The notes under the pieces: model-generated
Seen by the model: only the letters and a program-made list of their open reading frames with translations
Databases searched by the model: none
What the model was told of the DNA's origin: nothing
From: Candidatus Levyibacteriota bacterium
GTDB taxonomy: Bacteria > Patescibacteriota > Microgenomatia > Levybacterales > UBA12049
NCBI GenBank assembly: GCA_016180725.1
Contig: JACPAR010000014.1
Location: forward strand, 1 to 58,345
Direction: 5' to 3'
Length of the DNA stretch: 58,345 nucleotides
Made by a program: the position numbers and the translations under genes
In this document: piece by piece, positions 57,081 to 58,345 of the stretch
How positions within the stretch are numbered: the first letter of the stretch is position 1
How the letters are laid out: each line of letters starts with the position of its first letter

Positions 57081-57093
57081 TAATATAATCTTA

Positions 57094-57444
57094 TCAGATA
57101 TTTTTTACGGAGTCAACTATTTGCTTGAAGGAGTTAATGTCTTTATTAATTAATTCGCTTAAGATTTTGCGATCAAGTTCGATATTTGCTTTTTTCATCT
57201 TGTTAATAAAAACGCTGTAAGAGAGACCTTCTTGTTTTACTGCTTCGCCAATTCTTGTAATCCACAATTGTCTAAAGTCTCTTTTGCGTATTTTTCTTCC
57301 ATGATAAGCATAAGCACCTTTATGAAGCGCTGCTTCGTGAGCAACTCTAATTAATTTGCTCTTTGTGCCGCGAAATCCTTTTGTTTTACTTAGTAATTTT
57401 TTGTGTTTTCTTCGAGATACAATACCTCTTTTTACTCTTGCCAT
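57094..57444 (-). CDS. rplT: 50S ribosomal protein L20
   Basis: MARVKRGIVSRRKHKKLL...GFRG..S.., 116 aa. Confidence 0.96.
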   Translation of the reverse strand: MARVKRGIVSRRKHKKLLSKTKGFRGTKSKLIRVAHEAALHKGAYAYHGRKIRKRDFRQLWITRIGEAVKQEGLSYSVFINKMKKANIELDRKILSELINKDINSFKQIVDSVKNI

Positions 57445-57586
57445 ATGGTTATAAATTAAATTTTAACAAATTTATTAAACTTCTCTTTTATGTATTTACC
57501 AAAACTTTTATACGAATTGGTTGCAGAACGTTCTGAGCGCGTTTGCCTAAAATTAATATTTTTTCGAACCCTCTGTTTTACCATAT

Positions 57587-57784
57587 TTATAAAGCTCCAA
57601 GCATTTTTTTTACTTTTTTAGCAAATGTTCCGACTAAAACTCCGGGTTCGGCTTGTCTTCTTTTCCTTTTTGCGGATTTTTTTCGTCTTAAATGACCGGT
57701 ATTTTGGTGCGAAAAGATAACTTTGCCCCTTTTGGTTACTTTAAATCGTTTGCTTGCTGATTTCTTGATTTTTTTCTTCGGCAT
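57587..57784 (-). CDS. rpmI: 50S ribosomal protein L35
   Basis: The start is at the internal Met (MPKKKIKKSASKRFKVTKRGKV...), 65 aa. The longer ORF-track start 57817 would overlap more of infC. Confidence 0.9.
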   Translation of the reverse strand: MPKKKIKKSASKRFKVTKRGKVIFSHQNTGHLRRKKSAKRKRRQAEPGVLVGTFAKKVKKMLGAL

Positions 57785-58331
57785 GTGCTTTTTTCCTTTC
57801 TGGCGATATAATAACAATTAGCTGTTTACCTTCAAAGTGCGGCTCTCTCTCGATTTTTGAAATATCGGAAAGCGCACTAATTACCTTGTTTAATGTTTCT
57901 CTTCCAAACTCCGGATGTGTAATTTGTCTTCCTATAAATTTTACAACCAGTCTTACTTTGTCGTTATCATTCAAAAAATCCCTTGCTCTTCTAGTCATTA
58001 CTTCCAAATCGTGTTGATCGATAAAGGGACTTAGTCTTATCTCTTTTGTTTCGGACGCTTTACTTTTTTTCTTTTCTTCCTTTTTTTTCTTTTCCTGTTG
58101 GTATAAGAATTTATTAAAGTCTATTATTTTTGCGACCGGAGGTTTTGCCTGCGGCGCTACTTCTACCAAATCAAGCCCAAGTTCTTTAGCCTTATTTAAT
58201 GCTTCAAACTTAGAAAACACTCCTAGCTGTTTTCCTTCGCTGTCTAATACCCGAAGAGTCAAAGCAAAAATACGCTCGTTTCTTCTGTAAAAGACTCTAT
58301 TTTCTGATTGTTTCTTATATCTTTTTATCAA
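57741..58331 (-). CDS. infC: Translation initiation factor IF-3; the start is uncertain and the frame is open to the window edge
   Basis: LRVLDSEGKQLGV...LDLVEV...PPVAKIIDFNKF, then a Lys-rich linker and the C-terminal domain. The track start is TTG 58331, and no in-frame stop lies between it and the window end. Confidence 0.9.
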   Translation of the reverse strand: MIKRYKKQSENRVFYRRNERIFALTLRVLDSEGKQLGVFSKFEALNKAKELGLDLVEVAPQAKPPVAKIIDFNKFLYQQEKKKKEEKKKSKASETKEIRLSPFIDQHDLEVMTRRARDFLNDNDKVRLVVKFIGRQITHPEFGRETLNKVISALSDISKIEREPHFEGKQLIVIISPERKKAHAEEKNQEISKQTI

Positions 58332-58345
58332 TTTCTTCTTGTAAC

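Larger units (their letters stand above)
56973..57093 (-). promoter_or_regulatory. Ribosome-mediated attenuator (leader ORF plus alternative hairpins 1:2, 2:3 and 3:4) controlling the aromatic operon and pheST
   Basis: Seg1 57044-57038, seg2 57032-57021, seg3 57001-56991, seg4 56985-56979. The 2:3 pairing is 11 bp with one bulge and excludes the 3:4 terminator. Confidence 0.65.

Noticed and set aside
56973-57093. A T-box riboswitch as the regulator upstream of the aromatic operon and pheST.
   Set aside because: The leader is only about 120 nt. I could not find the conserved T-box sequence or a specifier-loop architecture. The leader-peptide attenuator explains the structure better.

Overview
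This is a gene-dense, low-GC (about 30-40% in the spots I counted) bacterial chromosome segment. It uses the standard genetic code: UGA ends conserved genes such as rplT. The small genes, a secretin-less type IV pilus (T4P) locus with nine pilin-like genes, Pro/Thr linkers and GC-rich palindromic repeats suggest a Patescibacteria/CPR-like or similar small-genome organism. That placement is inference only.

Layout:
- 1-11.5 kb, minus strand: housekeeping genes folD, gyrA, ppa, gyrB, ahcY, a PfkB kinase, HAD, NUDIX and holB, with one IS200/RAYT-like Y1 transposase unit.
- 11.5-36 kb, mostly plus strand: a large T4P locus (pilB, pilT, pilC, pilin, pilD, eight more pilin-like genes, pilMNO). It is interrupted by a two-component module that carries an unusual FeeM/LuxI-like acyltransferase fused to a ThiF/E1 domain, and by a glycosyl/methyl-transferase island.
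- 36-46 kb: trmD, a KH protein, rpsP, rnc, nusB, rpmF, recG, purH, tyrS and PBP1A.
- 46-58.3 kb, minus strand: infC-rpmI-rplT, then a complete shikimate/aromatic operon, then pheS-pheT.

Strongest observations:
1. An 18-codon leader peptide (MSSAQAWFYFYFTSLTGR) with mutually exclusive terminator and antiterminator hairpins lies upstream of the aromatic operon, in the position pheM holds in E. coli.
2. The acyltransferase-E1 fusion sits between a response regulator and a histidine kinase.
3. Three T4P genes carry lesions: a 7-bp tandem duplication in pilD, a perfect 95-bp tandem duplication in a minor pilin, and a repeat element sitting on the pilT start.
4. There is a 102-bp structured repeat present twice, plus GC-rich palindromic elements, one of them in frame inside holB.

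I recognised no rRNA, tRNA or CRISPR. Every function call rests on motif recognition by eye, not on database searches.
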